This document shows positions 6,865 through 16,062 of a DNA stretch of 31,570 bases, in pieces. Both the position numbers and the translations under genes were made by a program. The notes under the pieces are model-generated. The model saw only the letters and a list, made by a program, of their open reading frames with translations. It was not told the origin of the DNA and made no database searches. The stretch covers positions 30,130 to 61,699 of the forward strand of contig CAYSIJ010000001.1 in assembly GCA_964431155.1 (NCBI GenBank), in the 5' to 3' direction. This stretch comes from an uncultured Gammaproteobacteria bacterium. GTDB lineage: Bacteria; Patescibacteriota; Patescibacteriia; Patescibacteriales; UBA12465. Each line of letters starts with the position of its first letter. Position 1 is the first letter of the stretch.

Positions 6865-8988
6865 TTATTTTTTTAAAATATTTTCTAACATCACAATAAT
6901 TGCCCTGGCTCTTTCTGGCTCTCCTAATTCATTGAAACAAAAAGCAATCCGGCGCAGAGCTTCCAAATTTTTTTCATTATTAACAAAGGCTAAGCCATAA
7001 TAATTAGAAGCATTGCGGAAATTTTTTTCAATTTCATGAGTTTGTCCAATAGTAAAAAATATCTCCCCTTTTATTCTTAGGAGTTCTTGTTTGTGAATTT
7101 CATTTAAACGGCGATCTTGCTGATCGGGCAACAAAGACAAAGCCCGACCAAAAAGCGCTCGTGATTCAGAAAATTTTCCCATTCTAGCTTGAACGAGGCC
7201 AGAAATAAAGTAGGCCTTTGGCCATAGCGGCACCGATTTCAAAATGGTATTACTCAAAAAATCAGCTTCCTGGAAATTGCCGTTAAAAACTTTCAGCTCC
7301 ATTAAACTTTCGGTATCAAAAATTGAGTTGGAATTAAAAAGTTTTTCGTCTTGCTGAATAATTTTTTTTATCTTCTCGGTAACCACCGAGTCGGAATAAA
7401 TATTCTGGATAGCGGTCATCTTCACAAGCATCATCTTCCGATAATTTGTATCGGCAACCCCTAATTTAATAATTTTTTCTCGCACCGAAAAAGCACTAGA
7501 ATATTCTTGAATATTCCAGGCTTGGTTAAAATAATAAAAATAATAATCAGCGATAACAACCTTGAAAGAATAAACCAGAGAGCTGGCGGAAATTAATAAA
7601 GCGAAAAAAACGGCCAGATATTTTTTTTGATTAAACTTCAACTTTCTCTCAATCGGCGATTCAGAAAGAGCCAAAGAGATTCCAAATAATAAGAAGAAAA
7701 ATATTGCCGTGGTCGCCACTGAAAAGCTGAACAACAAAGAAAACAGATAGGATAGCAGGGAAAAACCAAGGGCAAAACAAGCCGGATAATTTTTGAGCTT
7801 CTTGGCGGCGGAGATTAATATTTTAAAAATTGAGAAATACCAAAAAACCCAAACGGCCAAGCCAAGCAAGCCAAAGCTAAGAGTCAGATCCAAAAACAAA
7901 TTATGAGCCCGATCGGGAAGCAAAAAAGCCGACTCAAAAACCGCCCAATCTTTTTGATATTCCAGAACTAATCTTTCCGGCTGACTTTCCGCGCCGTAAC
8001 CAAGCCAGGGACTTTTTTTGATTTGAGAGATTGCCGCTTGATAAACTTGCGCCCGATAAGCACTGCTTCCCTCTGAAAAATCAGTAATTGTTTGGAAACG
8101 TTCACTCTTCAATAAACCAAAAATTATTAAAGCTAAAACCAAAATAACCCCAGAAAGACTAATTATTTTTTTTCTTTTAATAATTTTGTTTTGGAAAATA
8201 AAAATCCCAGAAAAAACTAATAAAGTGGCGGCAAACGAGAGCCAAGCGCCACGACTACCGGAAAAAACCAAAGCTAGAAGTTGCAGGAAACCAGCGGAAA
8301 CAAAAAAAAGACGAAAGATATTTTTTTTCGCCAAAAAAGCCGACAAAAATGTCAGGGGAATCGTCAATAATAAAAAAGAGGCCAAGAAATTAGGCTGAAA
8401 AAGAGTGGCGGAAGCCCGATGAGTGAGATTCGCCGGCTCTTGCCAAATTAAAAAATCAAAACCAAAAAATTGGCAAATTGCATAAATTGAAACCAGGAAA
8501 GCTGACGAAACAGCCACAGTCAAAATCGTTCTCAATTTTTTTTGTAAATTTTCAAAACCATCGCTAGACAAGTAAACACTCACCAAAAAAGCAAAAATAA
8601 AATAGCAAAACCAATTCACCAAGCCGTCATTGCGGGAATAAGAACCAAAAAAAGATTGATAATGATTTTGGCTCCAAAGAATAGACAGGGCAAGGAACAA
8701 AATTAGGACTATTGAAGAAAAATAAATTTTTGGTTTATTCAAAAAACCGGGAAAATAAATTTTTTCCTTTTTTATGGCAAGCGCTAACACTTTGCACAAA
8801 AAAAAGATTAAGGAGAGAAACAGCCAAACCTGAAACCAAAATAACTTATTTAAATCAAAAAGATTGTTGGTTTTGAAAAACAATGACAAATACAAAGGAG
8901 TGCCAAAAATCAGGACTAAAATTGAAAAATCAAAAAGAAACGAAAATATTTTCGGCCAGTTTTTTAATTTAAAACCTTCTAAATTCAT
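6865..8988 (-). CDS. O-antigen ligase / PglL-like oligosaccharyltransferase with C-terminal TPR region
   Basis: About 12 TM helices; QPNFLASFL, SGSRGAWL, PWLGYG, DRAHNLFLD (Wzy_C His motif); helical TPR-like C-terminus; stop codon 3 bp before pilD. Confidence 0.88.
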   Translation of the reverse strand: MNLEGFKLKNWPKIFSFLFDFSILVLIFGTPLYLSLFFKTNNLFDLNKLFWFQVWLFLSLIFFLCKVLALAIKKEKIYFPGFLNKPKIYFSSIVLILFLALSILWSQNHYQSFFGSYSRNDGLVNWFCYFIFAFLVSVYLSSDGFENLQKKLRTILTVAVSSAFLVSIYAICQFFGFDFLIWQEPANLTHRASATLFQPNFLASFLLLTIPLTFLSAFLAKKNIFRLFFVSAGFLQLLALVFSGSRGAWLSFAATLLVFSGIFIFQNKIIKRKKIISLSGVILVLALIIFGLLKSERFQTITDFSEGSSAYRAQVYQAAISQIKKSPWLGYGAESQPERLVLEYQKDWAVFESAFLLPDRAHNLFLDLTLSFGLLGLAVWVFWYFSIFKILISAAKKLKNYPACFALGFSLLSYLFSLLFSFSVATTAIFFFLLFGISLALSESPIERKLKFNQKKYLAVFFALLISASSLVYSFKVVIADYYFYYFNQAWNIQEYSSAFSVREKIIKLGVADTNYRKMMLVKMTAIQNIYSDSVVTEKIKKIIQQDEKLFNSNSIFDTESLMELKVFNGNFQEADFLSNTILKSVPLWPKAYFISGLVQARMGKFSESRALFGRALSLLPDQQDRRLNEIHKQELLRIKGEIFFTIGQTHEIEKNFRNASNYYGLAFVNNEKNLEALRRIAFCFNELGEPERARAIIVMLENILKK

Positions 8989-8995
8989 ATATTTG

Positions 8996-9004
8996 ATTAT
9001 AGCA
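8996..9004 (-). promoter_or_regulatory. Extended -10 promoter 7 nt upstream of the ligase ATG (near-leaderless)
   Basis: TGcTATAAT-caaatat-ATG. Confidence 0.6.
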
Positions 9005-9021
9005 TAAAAGGGCTGGGGAAA

Positions 9022-9053
9022 TAAAAAACCGTTAACTTTTTAAGGTTAACGGT
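9022..9053 (-). terminator. Terminator downstream of the GH57-like gene
   Basis: accgttaac/gttaacggt stem followed by a U6 tract on the minus strand. Confidence 0.75.
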
Positions 9054-9073
9054 CGCATGTTTATGATTAACTG

Positions 9074-10261
9074 TTAGATATCTAACTGTTTTGTGACGGC
9101 GATTAAGCGTTCCCAGTAAATACCGCCTTTCTGTTTTTTGCTTAATTCTCTCCAGAGTTTTAGCTCTTTTGAACCTTCTTCTTCCTTTATTCTCGCCAAG
9201 AAAACTTTTCTAGCCAAATAACCAGCATCAATTATTTCTTTATTACCCGTAATTTGCACGGTTCCAGGATTTCCCTCAGAATCTACTAATGGCAAATTTA
9301 TTGGCTTTCTTGAAAAAATAGATTTTTGGAACACCGCTGCAGCAAGGTCTGCACCAGCCGCAAAAGCAAGCAATAGATGATTTTCTTCACTCATTTCTTG
9401 TTTCGCATAATGTTTCAACTCAGAGAAATAATCAAACATCGCCTCAATCGAAGTCCACTTTGACAAACTGCGGTGAGGAGTATCAATTATTTCTTGTGCT
9501 TCGGAAATTAAAGATTGAGAAATTTTGGCGAAATCTAAAAAACGATCTTCTAAGCCGTTCTCTTTGATTTTTGCAATTAATCTTTCCCAAAATATTTTTC
9601 CAAGTTTGGAGCCAACATATGGCGCTTCCAAATCAAAGGGAACAAGAATAACTTCGTCCACTTCTGCAATCGCTTTTACTAAAAGATCCAAATTGCTAAT
9701 TCCGGCATCATTTGTTTTGTCTGGAAACCTTTGAGCTAAAAACATGAGATCAAGAATTGGCTTAAATAACTTTTCAGTCATCACAAACCCAAATCTTCCA
9801 TTAACTTTCACAACTGGCGGCAAAGCACCAACTTCTTCGGCATTCCAAGAAACTTCTTGATTCAAATAACCGTCTGAATAATAGTGTGTCTGACTATCCA
9901 ACAACCAAAAATTGCGATTCGGTTTGGTTGGTGAGCAAAATTCTGGATAAAAAGAAACCGTTTGGTTTTTTATCCCATTTTCTTCCTGCCATTTCAAATG
10001 TTCGTCCGAAGTTAATGCGGGCAATACATGAGAAAATAATCCTCCTGAAAATTGCAAATTTTGATACTCCTGATATTTTCCCAACCAAGGATACATCAAA
10101 AAATCTAATTGATGGCAATTGATTGTCAGGTTTAAACCTGATTCTGCCAACACTCCCAAGCCTAATTCTTCGGCGTGGATTTTTTCAAAACTTTGCGGCA
10201 ACACATTGCCGTGAAATGAGTTGGTTGACGCAACCAACACGATTCCTCTTTCTTTTCCCAT
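9074..10261 (-). CDS. Cytoplasmic protein, probable divergent glycoside hydrolase family 57
   Basis: Ordered GH57-like segments: FHGN, SHVLPAL, FYPE (nucleophile-like), PFDLE (acid/base-like), RSLSKW. No signal peptide. Confidence 0.5.
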   Translation of the reverse strand: MGKERGIVLVASTNSFHGNVLPQSFEKIHAEELGLGVLAESGLNLTINCHQLDFLMYPWLGKYQEYQNLQFSGGLFSHVLPALTSDEHLKWQEENGIKNQTVSFYPEFCSPTKPNRNFWLLDSQTHYYSDGYLNQEVSWNAEEVGALPPVVKVNGRFGFVMTEKLFKPILDLMFLAQRFPDKTNDAGISNLDLLVKAIAEVDEVILVPFDLEAPYVGSKLGKIFWERLIAKIKENGLEDRFLDFAKISQSLISEAQEIIDTPHRSLSKWTSIEAMFDYFSELKHYAKQEMSEENHLLLAFAAGADLAAAVFQKSIFSRKPINLPLVDSEGNPGTVQITGNKEIIDAGYLARKVFLARIKEEEGSKELKLWRELSKKQKGGIYWERLIAVTKQLDI

Positions 10262-10334
10262 TATATATAATTTTTAAAGTATGCGCTCCTCGGTTTTATG
10301 AGATCACTATCCCACCAATTTGCACTTAGAATAC

Positions 10335-10363
10335 ATTATAAACCAAAACAGACAAAATGTCAA
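10335..10363 (-). promoter_or_regulatory. Perfect-consensus sigma70 promoter for the GH57-like gene
   Basis: TTGACA-17 bp-TATAAT. Confidence 0.8.
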
Positions 10364-10397
10364 TAGTGACAACTTATTCTTTAAAATAAGCCTAAAA

Positions 10398-10432
10398 ATC
10401 AAAAACGAGAACCCCCAGGCTCTCGTTTTGAT
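10398..10432 (-). terminator. Terminator of secD-secF
   Basis: atcaaaacgaga...tctcgtttttgat stem (one bulge) followed by a T tract on the minus strand. Confidence 0.7.
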
Positions 10433-10454
10433 AAAATTCCAATTTTCTTTTTTC

Positions 10455-11360
10455 TTAGGCCTTCCGGCGAGCCATTCTCTCCCAAATAACAATCATCGGG
10501 CTGGCAATAAAGATTGAGCTATAGGTTCCGACAAAAATACCGACCGCCAAGGCAAGGGCGAAGTCGCGGATACTGGAACCACCGAAAGCAAGAATCGCCA
10601 AAAGAGCCAAAATCGCAGAAAATGAGGTATTGATGGAACGGGTTAAAACTTGGTTGACACTGGTGTTCACAGTCCCCTCAAAATCCTGGCTGGATTTTGG
10701 CAGATTTTCCCTGGTCCGATCAAAAACAATAATTGTATCGTTAACGCTATAACCAAGAACCGTGAGAACGGCAGCAATGAAGGCTGTGTTGACCTCTGTG
10801 CCCAAGAAATGACCAAGGACGGCAAAGACGCCCAGAACAACAATGACATCGTGTGCGAGGGCAATAATAGCCGCCAGGCCATACTTCCAAGAAGCAACTG
10901 GCTTGGAAACTTTGCGGAAAGCAAAGGCAATAAAAACAATCATTACCAAGAGAACAACAATAATGGCATTAAATGATTTGCTTTTTAATTCCTTGCCAAT
11001 AGAAGGACCAATAGAATCAAAACGCAATTCCTTGGCTGAGCCATTATGGTCGGAAGCTAGTTTGTTTAAGTTTTCATTGATTGCCTGGTGAGTTTCTTGA
11101 GAACTTTCTTTGAAGCGCAAAAGAGTGGTGTTGTTTTGGGTTGGCTGAATTACGAGATTGCTTGCCCCAACATTGCGAAGACTTTCTTGAATGTCGTTAA
11201 TCCCTGGCTGATAGTTGGTAAATTCCACTTCCATCAAACTGCCGCCAGTGAAATCAATGCCGAAATTCAAACCCCACATTGAAAGGGCGCCGATTGAAAG
11301 GGCGACCAATAAACCGGAAATTGAAAGCCAAATTTTGCGATTTTGAATAATGTTTAACAT
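10455..11360 (-). CDS. secF: Protein translocase subunit SecF
   Basis: GIDFTGG, IGPSIGKEL, AHDV, GYSVNDTIIVFDRTREN, GTYSSIFIA. Confidence 0.98.
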   Translation of the reverse strand: MLNIIQNRKIWLSISGLLVALSIGALSMWGLNFGIDFTGGSLMEVEFTNYQPGINDIQESLRNVGASNLVIQPTQNNTTLLRFKESSQETHQAINENLNKLASDHNGSAKELRFDSIGPSIGKELKSKSFNAIIVVLLVMIVFIAFAFRKVSKPVASWKYGLAAIIALAHDVIVVLGVFAVLGHFLGTEVNTAFIAAVLTVLGYSVNDTIIVFDRTRENLPKSSQDFEGTVNTSVNQVLTRSINTSFSAILALLAILAFGGSSIRDFALALAVGIFVGTYSSIFIASPMIVIWERMARRKA

Positions 11361-11372
11361 ATAAATCTTTGA

Positions 11373-12932
11373 TTAGTTTTTCTGTTTTAAACCAGAACCG
11401 ATAAGCCAAGTCTTCTTTTCAAGCCACTTTCCGAGGACCAGAGTGAATAAAGTGCGAGAGATTACAATGGCGCTGAATAAAGACACGGCTAAACCAATAA
11501 ATAAGGCAGTACCAAATCCCTGTACTGCGGAGGTGCCGAAGAACATCAGGATAAAGCAGGTCAAAATAGTAGAAGTGTTGCCATCGCGAATTGAAGGCCA
11601 GGCATGGCGGAAGCCTTCATCAACGGCCAAAGACATTGATTTCCCGGCGCGAAGCTCTTCCTTGATACGTTCAAAAATCAAAATATTGGCGTCAACGGCC
11701 ATCCCGATAGACATAATAAAACCAGCGATACCCGAAAGGGTGAGAGTAATAGATTTTGAGGCATAAACAAAAAGTAACACGCCAATTACCAGAAACAGCA
11801 AGGCGACTCCGCCGTTAAACACCTTGATTTCATTAAAGGTATAGAACAATAAACCAATCATCACTGCCACCAGAACAAAAGCTAACCAGATAGGCAGGGC
11901 TTTAAAGATTGCCAAGACTGTTAATCCATACACCAGCAGAGAAACAACAGCTAACAAACCTGGGAAACGATAAATTACTATCATAAAGATAGAAACCAAT
12001 AATAAACCAATCAAACCAGCAACCAAGCTGTTGTTGATTGATTTGGCGCCCAAGCTAGCTTCAACCGTCTGTTGAGAAATCAGAGAAATTGGCACTGGCA
12101 AAGCACCAGAGTTCAAACGTTTAACTAAATTTTTTGCTTCATCAACAGTGAAACTACCAGAAATCATCGCTTTACCACCAGTAATTCTTTCATTAACATT
12201 TGGAGCACTAATTACTGCCCCGTCCAATAAAATAGCAACTGGCTTGCCAACATTCCGTTCGGTAATGTCGGCAAATAATTTTGCTCCTTCATCATTAAAA
12301 TCCAAAGAAACATAAGGAGTTCCGTCATTCTGGTTAAATTCCAAATAGGCTCGTTCCAAGTATTTTCCAGTCAATTCAGTATTTTGCCAAGCCCCCTGCT
12401 TCCCGGCATCAAGAGTGATTTCGCCAGTTGAGCTGGCGGAATTAACAACAGTCGCAGGAGCACTGCTCATTTCTTTGAATTCCAATAACGGAGTTTCACC
12501 AATCATTTTGATTGCTTCATTTACGTCCTTAATACCTGCTAATTCAACGATGATTCGGTATTCACCGCTAGCTGAATGGTTAATCTGCACCAATGGTTCA
12601 CTGACACCAAATACATTAACCCGGCGTTCAATGACATCGCGAGCAGAATCTAAAGCACTAGCTCGATCTTTTTCTGGAATATTGGCGACATCAGCGAGGT
12701 AGACCAAATGGGCACCGCCCTGAAGATCCAAGCCCAAACTGAAAGGAATGTCTTTTACTAAAGGCAAAGAAACCACACCGTTCGTTTTTTGAGAAAGATT
12801 TTTGGCAAAATTGTTGTAATGACTGCTACCGGAAATCAAACCGACAGTTAAGGCAAAAATGGCAATCAAACCAAAAACCCACCAAGCCTTTGCTCGAGCG
12901 GATAATTTTGAAAACTTCTGGAAGATGTTCAT
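11373..12932 (-). CDS. secD: Protein translocase subunit SecD
   Basis: LGLDLQGG, IERRVNVFGVSEP, LNSGALP, GMAVDANILIFERIKEE, IRDGNTST. Confidence 0.98.
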   Translation of the reverse strand: MNIFQKFSKLSARAKAWWVFGLIAIFALTVGLISGSSHYNNFAKNLSQKTNGVVSLPLVKDIPFSLGLDLQGGAHLVYLADVANIPEKDRASALDSARDVIERRVNVFGVSEPLVQINHSASGEYRIIVELAGIKDVNEAIKMIGETPLLEFKEMSSAPATVVNSASSTGEITLDAGKQGAWQNTELTGKYLERAYLEFNQNDGTPYVSLDFNDEGAKLFADITERNVGKPVAILLDGAVISAPNVNERITGGKAMISGSFTVDEAKNLVKRLNSGALPVPISLISQQTVEASLGAKSINNSLVAGLIGLLLVSIFMIVIYRFPGLLAVVSLLVYGLTVLAIFKALPIWLAFVLVAVMIGLLFYTFNEIKVFNGGVALLFLVIGVLLFVYASKSITLTLSGIAGFIMSIGMAVDANILIFERIKEELRAGKSMSLAVDEGFRHAWPSIRDGNTSTILTCFILMFFGTSAVQGFGTALFIGLAVSLFSAIVISRTLFTLVLGKWLEKKTWLIGSGLKQKN

Positions 12933-12972
12933 AAAAATTCTAATTATTGAAAATAATCTTGTAACTCCTCAA

Positions 12973-13001
12973 ATCTTACCGAATAAAAAAACAAAAATCA
13001 A
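12973..13001 (-). promoter_or_regulatory. Putative secDF promoter
   Basis: TTGATT-17 bp-TAAGAT. Confidence 0.55.
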
Positions 13002-13018
13002 GTGAAAAAGCCTTTTTA

Positions 13019-13047
13019 TTTACAAAATCGCCACTTTGTATTATAAT
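13019..13047 (+). promoter_or_regulatory. Putative clpP promoter, back-to-back with the secDF promoter
   Basis: TTTACA-17 bp-TATAAT. Confidence 0.7.
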
Positions 13048-13080
13048 CGGGATAGATAATAATAATTAACTACAAATAAT

Positions 13081-13656
13081 ATGCCGATAATTCCTACTGT
13101 TATTGAAAAAGAAGGTCAAATGGAGCGGGCCTATGATATTTATTCCCGTCTTTTAAAAGACCGAATAATTTTTCTGGGCGAACCAATAAATGATCACACC
13201 GCGAATATTGTGATTGCCCAACTCTTGTTTTTGGACGCAGAAAATAACCGAGATATAAAATTTTATATCAACTCTCCGGGTGGTTCAGTTTCGTCAGGAT
13301 TGGCGATTTACGATACAATGCAATACATTAAATCCGATGTCTCGACAATTTGTGTCGGCCTAGCCGCTTCCATGGCTTCTGTCTTACTCGCTGCCGGAAA
13401 AAAGGGAAAAAGATTGGCCCTGCCAAATAGCGAGGTGATGATTCACCAAGTAATGGGCGGTGCTGAAGGTCAGGCGAGCGATATTAAAATCATGGCCGAA
13501 CATATTCTAAAAACAAAAAATAAATTAAACCAAATTCTTGCCAAACACACTGGGAAAAAAAGCGAAACTCTGGAAAAAGACAGCGACCGCGACAATTTCA
13601 TGAGTGCCGAAGAAGCCAAAAAATACGGCTTGATTGATAAAGTAATCGGGGAATAA
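13081..13656 (+). CDS. clpP: ATP-dependent Clp protease proteolytic subunit
   Basis: [22 protein letters not shown], catalytic triad AASM / MIHQ / DRDNF. Confidence 0.99.
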   Translation: MPIIPTVIEKEGQMERAYDIYSRLLKDRIIFLGEPINDHTANIVIAQLLFLDAENNRDIKFYINSPGGSVSSGLAIYDTMQYIKSDVSTICVGLAASMASVLLAAGKKGKRLALPNSEVMIHQVMGGAEGQASDIKIMAEHILKTKNKLNQILAKHTGKKSETLEKDSDRDNFMSAEEAKKYGLIDKVIGE

Positions 13657-13672
13657 AAACGGTTCACCAGAT

Positions 13673-13702
13673 AAAAAACAACGTCTCCCGACGTTGTTTT
13701 TT
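13673..13702. terminator. Bidirectional terminator between clpP and the convergent surface-protein cluster
   Basis: aaaaaacaacgtc-tccc-gacgttgtttttt, a perfect 13-bp stem. Confidence 0.9.
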
Positions 13703-13722
13703 ATTTATTTCTGTTTTAAAAA

Positions 13723-14721
13723 TTATTTGACGTTTAATTTGAAGTTATCAATAATCATTTCAAACAAGCGGAAATAGTTGGCAGTATTCCCTTCAACTGC
13801 CCCGAGAGAAAAAACATAAATATTTTTCTTGGCCTGGTCACTCAAATAAAAAACCGTTTTGTCATTATTATAAACCCCCTGCCAAGAACCATCGGCCGCC
13901 GATTTGGCTTCTCCTGGCGCTTGATCGGGAAATTCCGCTTGATACCAATCCAAAATTGCTAAATTTTCTGGGTTCGTTTGATGAATAACTTGAATAAAAT
14001 AATTCTCATCCTCCGAAGAAACTAGAACCGTTTCATTGCCGTTTAGATTCTTCAACACCCAACTTTTTGGCTGGAGCAAAGAATATTTTAAAGAAGAATT
14101 GCGATAGACAACGAGATTAGAAGAAGATGCCAAGCGGCCGACGCCGGCTGGGTTATAGGAGTTCTGAAGCTCAATTAGATCAGCATTCCCGTCGCCATCT
14201 GAATCAATATTTTCTGGGTTGGAGCCGAGAAGTAATTCTTCGGCATCGCTCAAGCCATCGCCGTCAGTATCAGTCATTGATTCGGAAATAATTGTACTGG
14301 TGGCAACATCAACAATTACTGTACTTGTGGCGGGCGGAGTTTCAATTACGGCGACAGAAGAAGAATTCGTTTCTGGCGCTGGTACATTCAGATTTGTCTG
14401 GAGCTCATCCCCTTCAGTGTTTAGGCCAGAATTAATTTCGGAGGTAGTTTTTTCCTGAACTGTCTTTGGAGAAAGAGAAGGTTTGATTACCAAAACATAA
14501 GCTCCATAAACTAGCCCGGCAACCAACAAAACGCCGAGAGAAATAATTATTAGGCCAGTCTTTTTGTGGTTTCCTGAAGAAGGCGAAGATGTTTTATTGG
14601 TTAACGCTGAAGAGGAAAGGGGCGAAGGCATATTATGGACAATAAAATCCTGACTCAAGCGATTGCCCAAATCATTGCCCTTTTCACCTCCAATTGCTTG
14701 ATTTTTATCCTTGGAAAACAT
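13723..14721 (-). CDS. Single-pass membrane protein with S/T-rich linker, DxDxDG (bacterial TSP3-like) Ca-binding repeats and a PsbP-like C-terminal domain
   Basis: TM LIIISLGVLLVAGLVYGAYVLV; DTDGDGLSDAEE and DSDGDGNADLIE; C-domain begins YRNSSLKYSLLQPKSW. Confidence 0.75.
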   Translation of the reverse strand: MFSKDKNQAIGGEKGNDLGNRLSQDFIVHNMPSPLSSSALTNKTSSPSSGNHKKTGLIIISLGVLLVAGLVYGAYVLVIKPSLSPKTVQEKTTSEINSGLNTEGDELQTNLNVPAPETNSSSVAVIETPPATSTVIVDVATSTIISESMTDTDGDGLSDAEELLLGSNPENIDSDGDGNADLIELQNSYNPAGVGRLASSSNLVVYRNSSLKYSLLQPKSWVLKNLNGNETVLVSSEDENYFIQVIHQTNPENLAILDWYQAEFPDQAPGEAKSAADGSWQGVYNNDKTVFYLSDQAKKNIYVFSLGAVEGNTANYFRLFEMIIDNFKLNVK

Positions 14722-14723
14722 AA

Positions 14724-14876
14724 TTATTTAATGAAAAAACAAACCGCCACCAAGCTAATAGTTGAAACCCAAACAAAAAGCGTTAGATAAGCAGTATGAA
14801 GAGAAACTTTGCGATGCAATTGAGGCATCACGTGGATATAAATTGGTTTTGTCCAAATTGTTTGTTTGTTTCCCAT
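14724..14876 (-). CDS. 50-aa small membrane protein (not in the ORF track)
   Basis: MGNKQTIWTKPIYIHVMPQLHRKVSLHTAYLTLFVWVSTISLVAVCFFIK*. It fills the gap between neighbours exactly (5 and 2 bp spacers) and has a C-terminal hydrophobic helix. Confidence 0.6.
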   Translation of the reverse strand: MGNKQTIWTKPIYIHVMPQLHRKVSLHTAYLTLFVWVSTISLVAVCFFIK

Positions 14877-14881
14877 AAAAA

Positions 14882-15610
14882 TTATTTTACTGCGGTCGCT
14901 GGTAATTTACCGGCGCCATTTGGGTTGTAGCCCTTTTTAACTTCTGAGCCATCAGAATAAGTATCGCCGTCGGTATCAACTACCAAGGGATTAGTTAGAT
15001 AAGTTTTTACTTCTTCATAATCCGTGAGGCCGTCATTGTCGGTATCAACTTTATTAATGTCAGTACCGGCAAGCATTTCTTCTTGATCATTCAAGCCATC
15101 ACTGTCGGTATCAACGCTATCAGCTGTAACAACTGCCGGTATATTAACCGTGGAGGAACTGGTTTCCGTTGAAGAAGCTGTCGCAGGCTCAGTGGTCGTG
15201 GCTGCGATATTGTTATTTTCTTGTTCACTGATTTTAGCTTCCAAGGCAGCTTGGTCATTTTCATTAACTACTGGGATTGGATTGCTATTAATATTGGAAA
15301 CAACTTCAGCCTTTGGTTTGATAAACTGGGCATAAACAAAATAACCCGCAAAGGAAATAATCGCGGCAACGATTAGAAGGATTAAAAAAATCTTTAAAGC
15401 CTTGGTGCTCCGTTCACTAGCAGCCGGCATATTATCCTCAACATTCAAATAAGCTTCCCGGCTAGTACCAGACAGCGCTTGAGGAGAAACCGGGTTTTGA
15501 GTTGTAGGTACCGGGGCAGGTGGCGTCACTGGGGCACTGTCAACATCAGAAAAGATATCGTCAATTTCTTTTGCTCCCCCTTGGGAAGAGTTATTCTGGT
15601 CGTTAAACAT
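14882..15610 (-). CDS. Single-pass membrane protein with three DxDxDG (TSP3-like) Ca-binding repeats
   Basis: TM IFLILLIVAAIISFAGYFVY; DTDSDGLNDQEE, DTDNDGLTDYEE, DTDGDTYSDGSE, GYNP. Confidence 0.8.
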   Translation of the reverse strand: MFNDQNNSSQGGAKEIDDIFSDVDSAPVTPPAPVPTTQNPVSPQALSGTSREAYLNVEDNMPAASERSTKALKIFLILLIVAAIISFAGYFVYAQFIKPKAEVVSNINSNPIPVVNENDQAALEAKISEQENNNIAATTTEPATASSTETSSSTVNIPAVVTADSVDTDSDGLNDQEEMLAGTDINKVDTDNDGLTDYEEVKTYLTNPLVVDTDGDTYSDGSEVKKGYNPNGAGKLPATAVK

Positions 15611-15635
15611 AAAGAATCTTGTTATTTTTATTATT

Positions 15636-16058
15636 TTATTTTTTTATCTTAAAATTATCTTGGCAAGCGGTTTTAAATTCTTCATTGCTAATTTGATCAC
15701 AAATTTTTCCATCCCGCAAATCAGTCGCGAGACTCAGAAGACAAATAGAAGCACCATCTAGGTTCTGCATTTCTTGGCAACGACTGCTTTCTTTACTAGC
15801 TAATATTTCTTGGTACAAGGCTTTGTCATGCTTGGCTTTTTCAAGGCGAGCAGCTTCTTTTTGTCGCCATTTAGTAATTCCTTCATTCACTGGATAAAAT
15901 TTTTGCGCATTCTCCGGCTGTTTTGTTCCCAGTTGTTTTAGTTCTTCTTTCGGTTTATTTAACAAGCTAAAAAATAACCACGAGACTAAAGCGAAAAGCA
16001 GTAGCGCTCCGGAAATAATAATGATAAAACGATGCTGACGATTTTGCCAATTAATCAT
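15636..16058 (-). CDS. Membrane-anchored protein with a C-terminal 4-Cys helical repeat (140 aa, start revised to MINWQ)
   Basis: ATG 16058 lies 4 bp past the upstream stop and avoids a 53-bp overlap; N-terminal TM; C-terminal RCQEM...IC...ICDQI...AC. Confidence 0.7.
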   Translation of the reverse strand: MINWQNRQHRFIIIISGALLLFALVSWLFFSLLNKPKEELKQLGTKQPENAQKFYPVNEGITKWRQKEAARLEKAKHDKALYQEILASKESSRCQEMQNLDGASICLLSLATDLRDGKICDQISNEEFKTACQDNFKIKK

Positions 16059-16062
16059 AGGA

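Noticed and set aside
10277-10290. GAGGAG upstream of the GH57-like gene
   Set aside because: About 22 nt from the ATG, too far for a functional SD, so it is not counted against the rpsU observation.
10358-10371. TGTCA-N4-TGACA palindrome over the -35 of the GH57-like promoter
   Set aside because: Only 5-bp arms, one of which is the -35 itself; no second copy found, so it may be chance.
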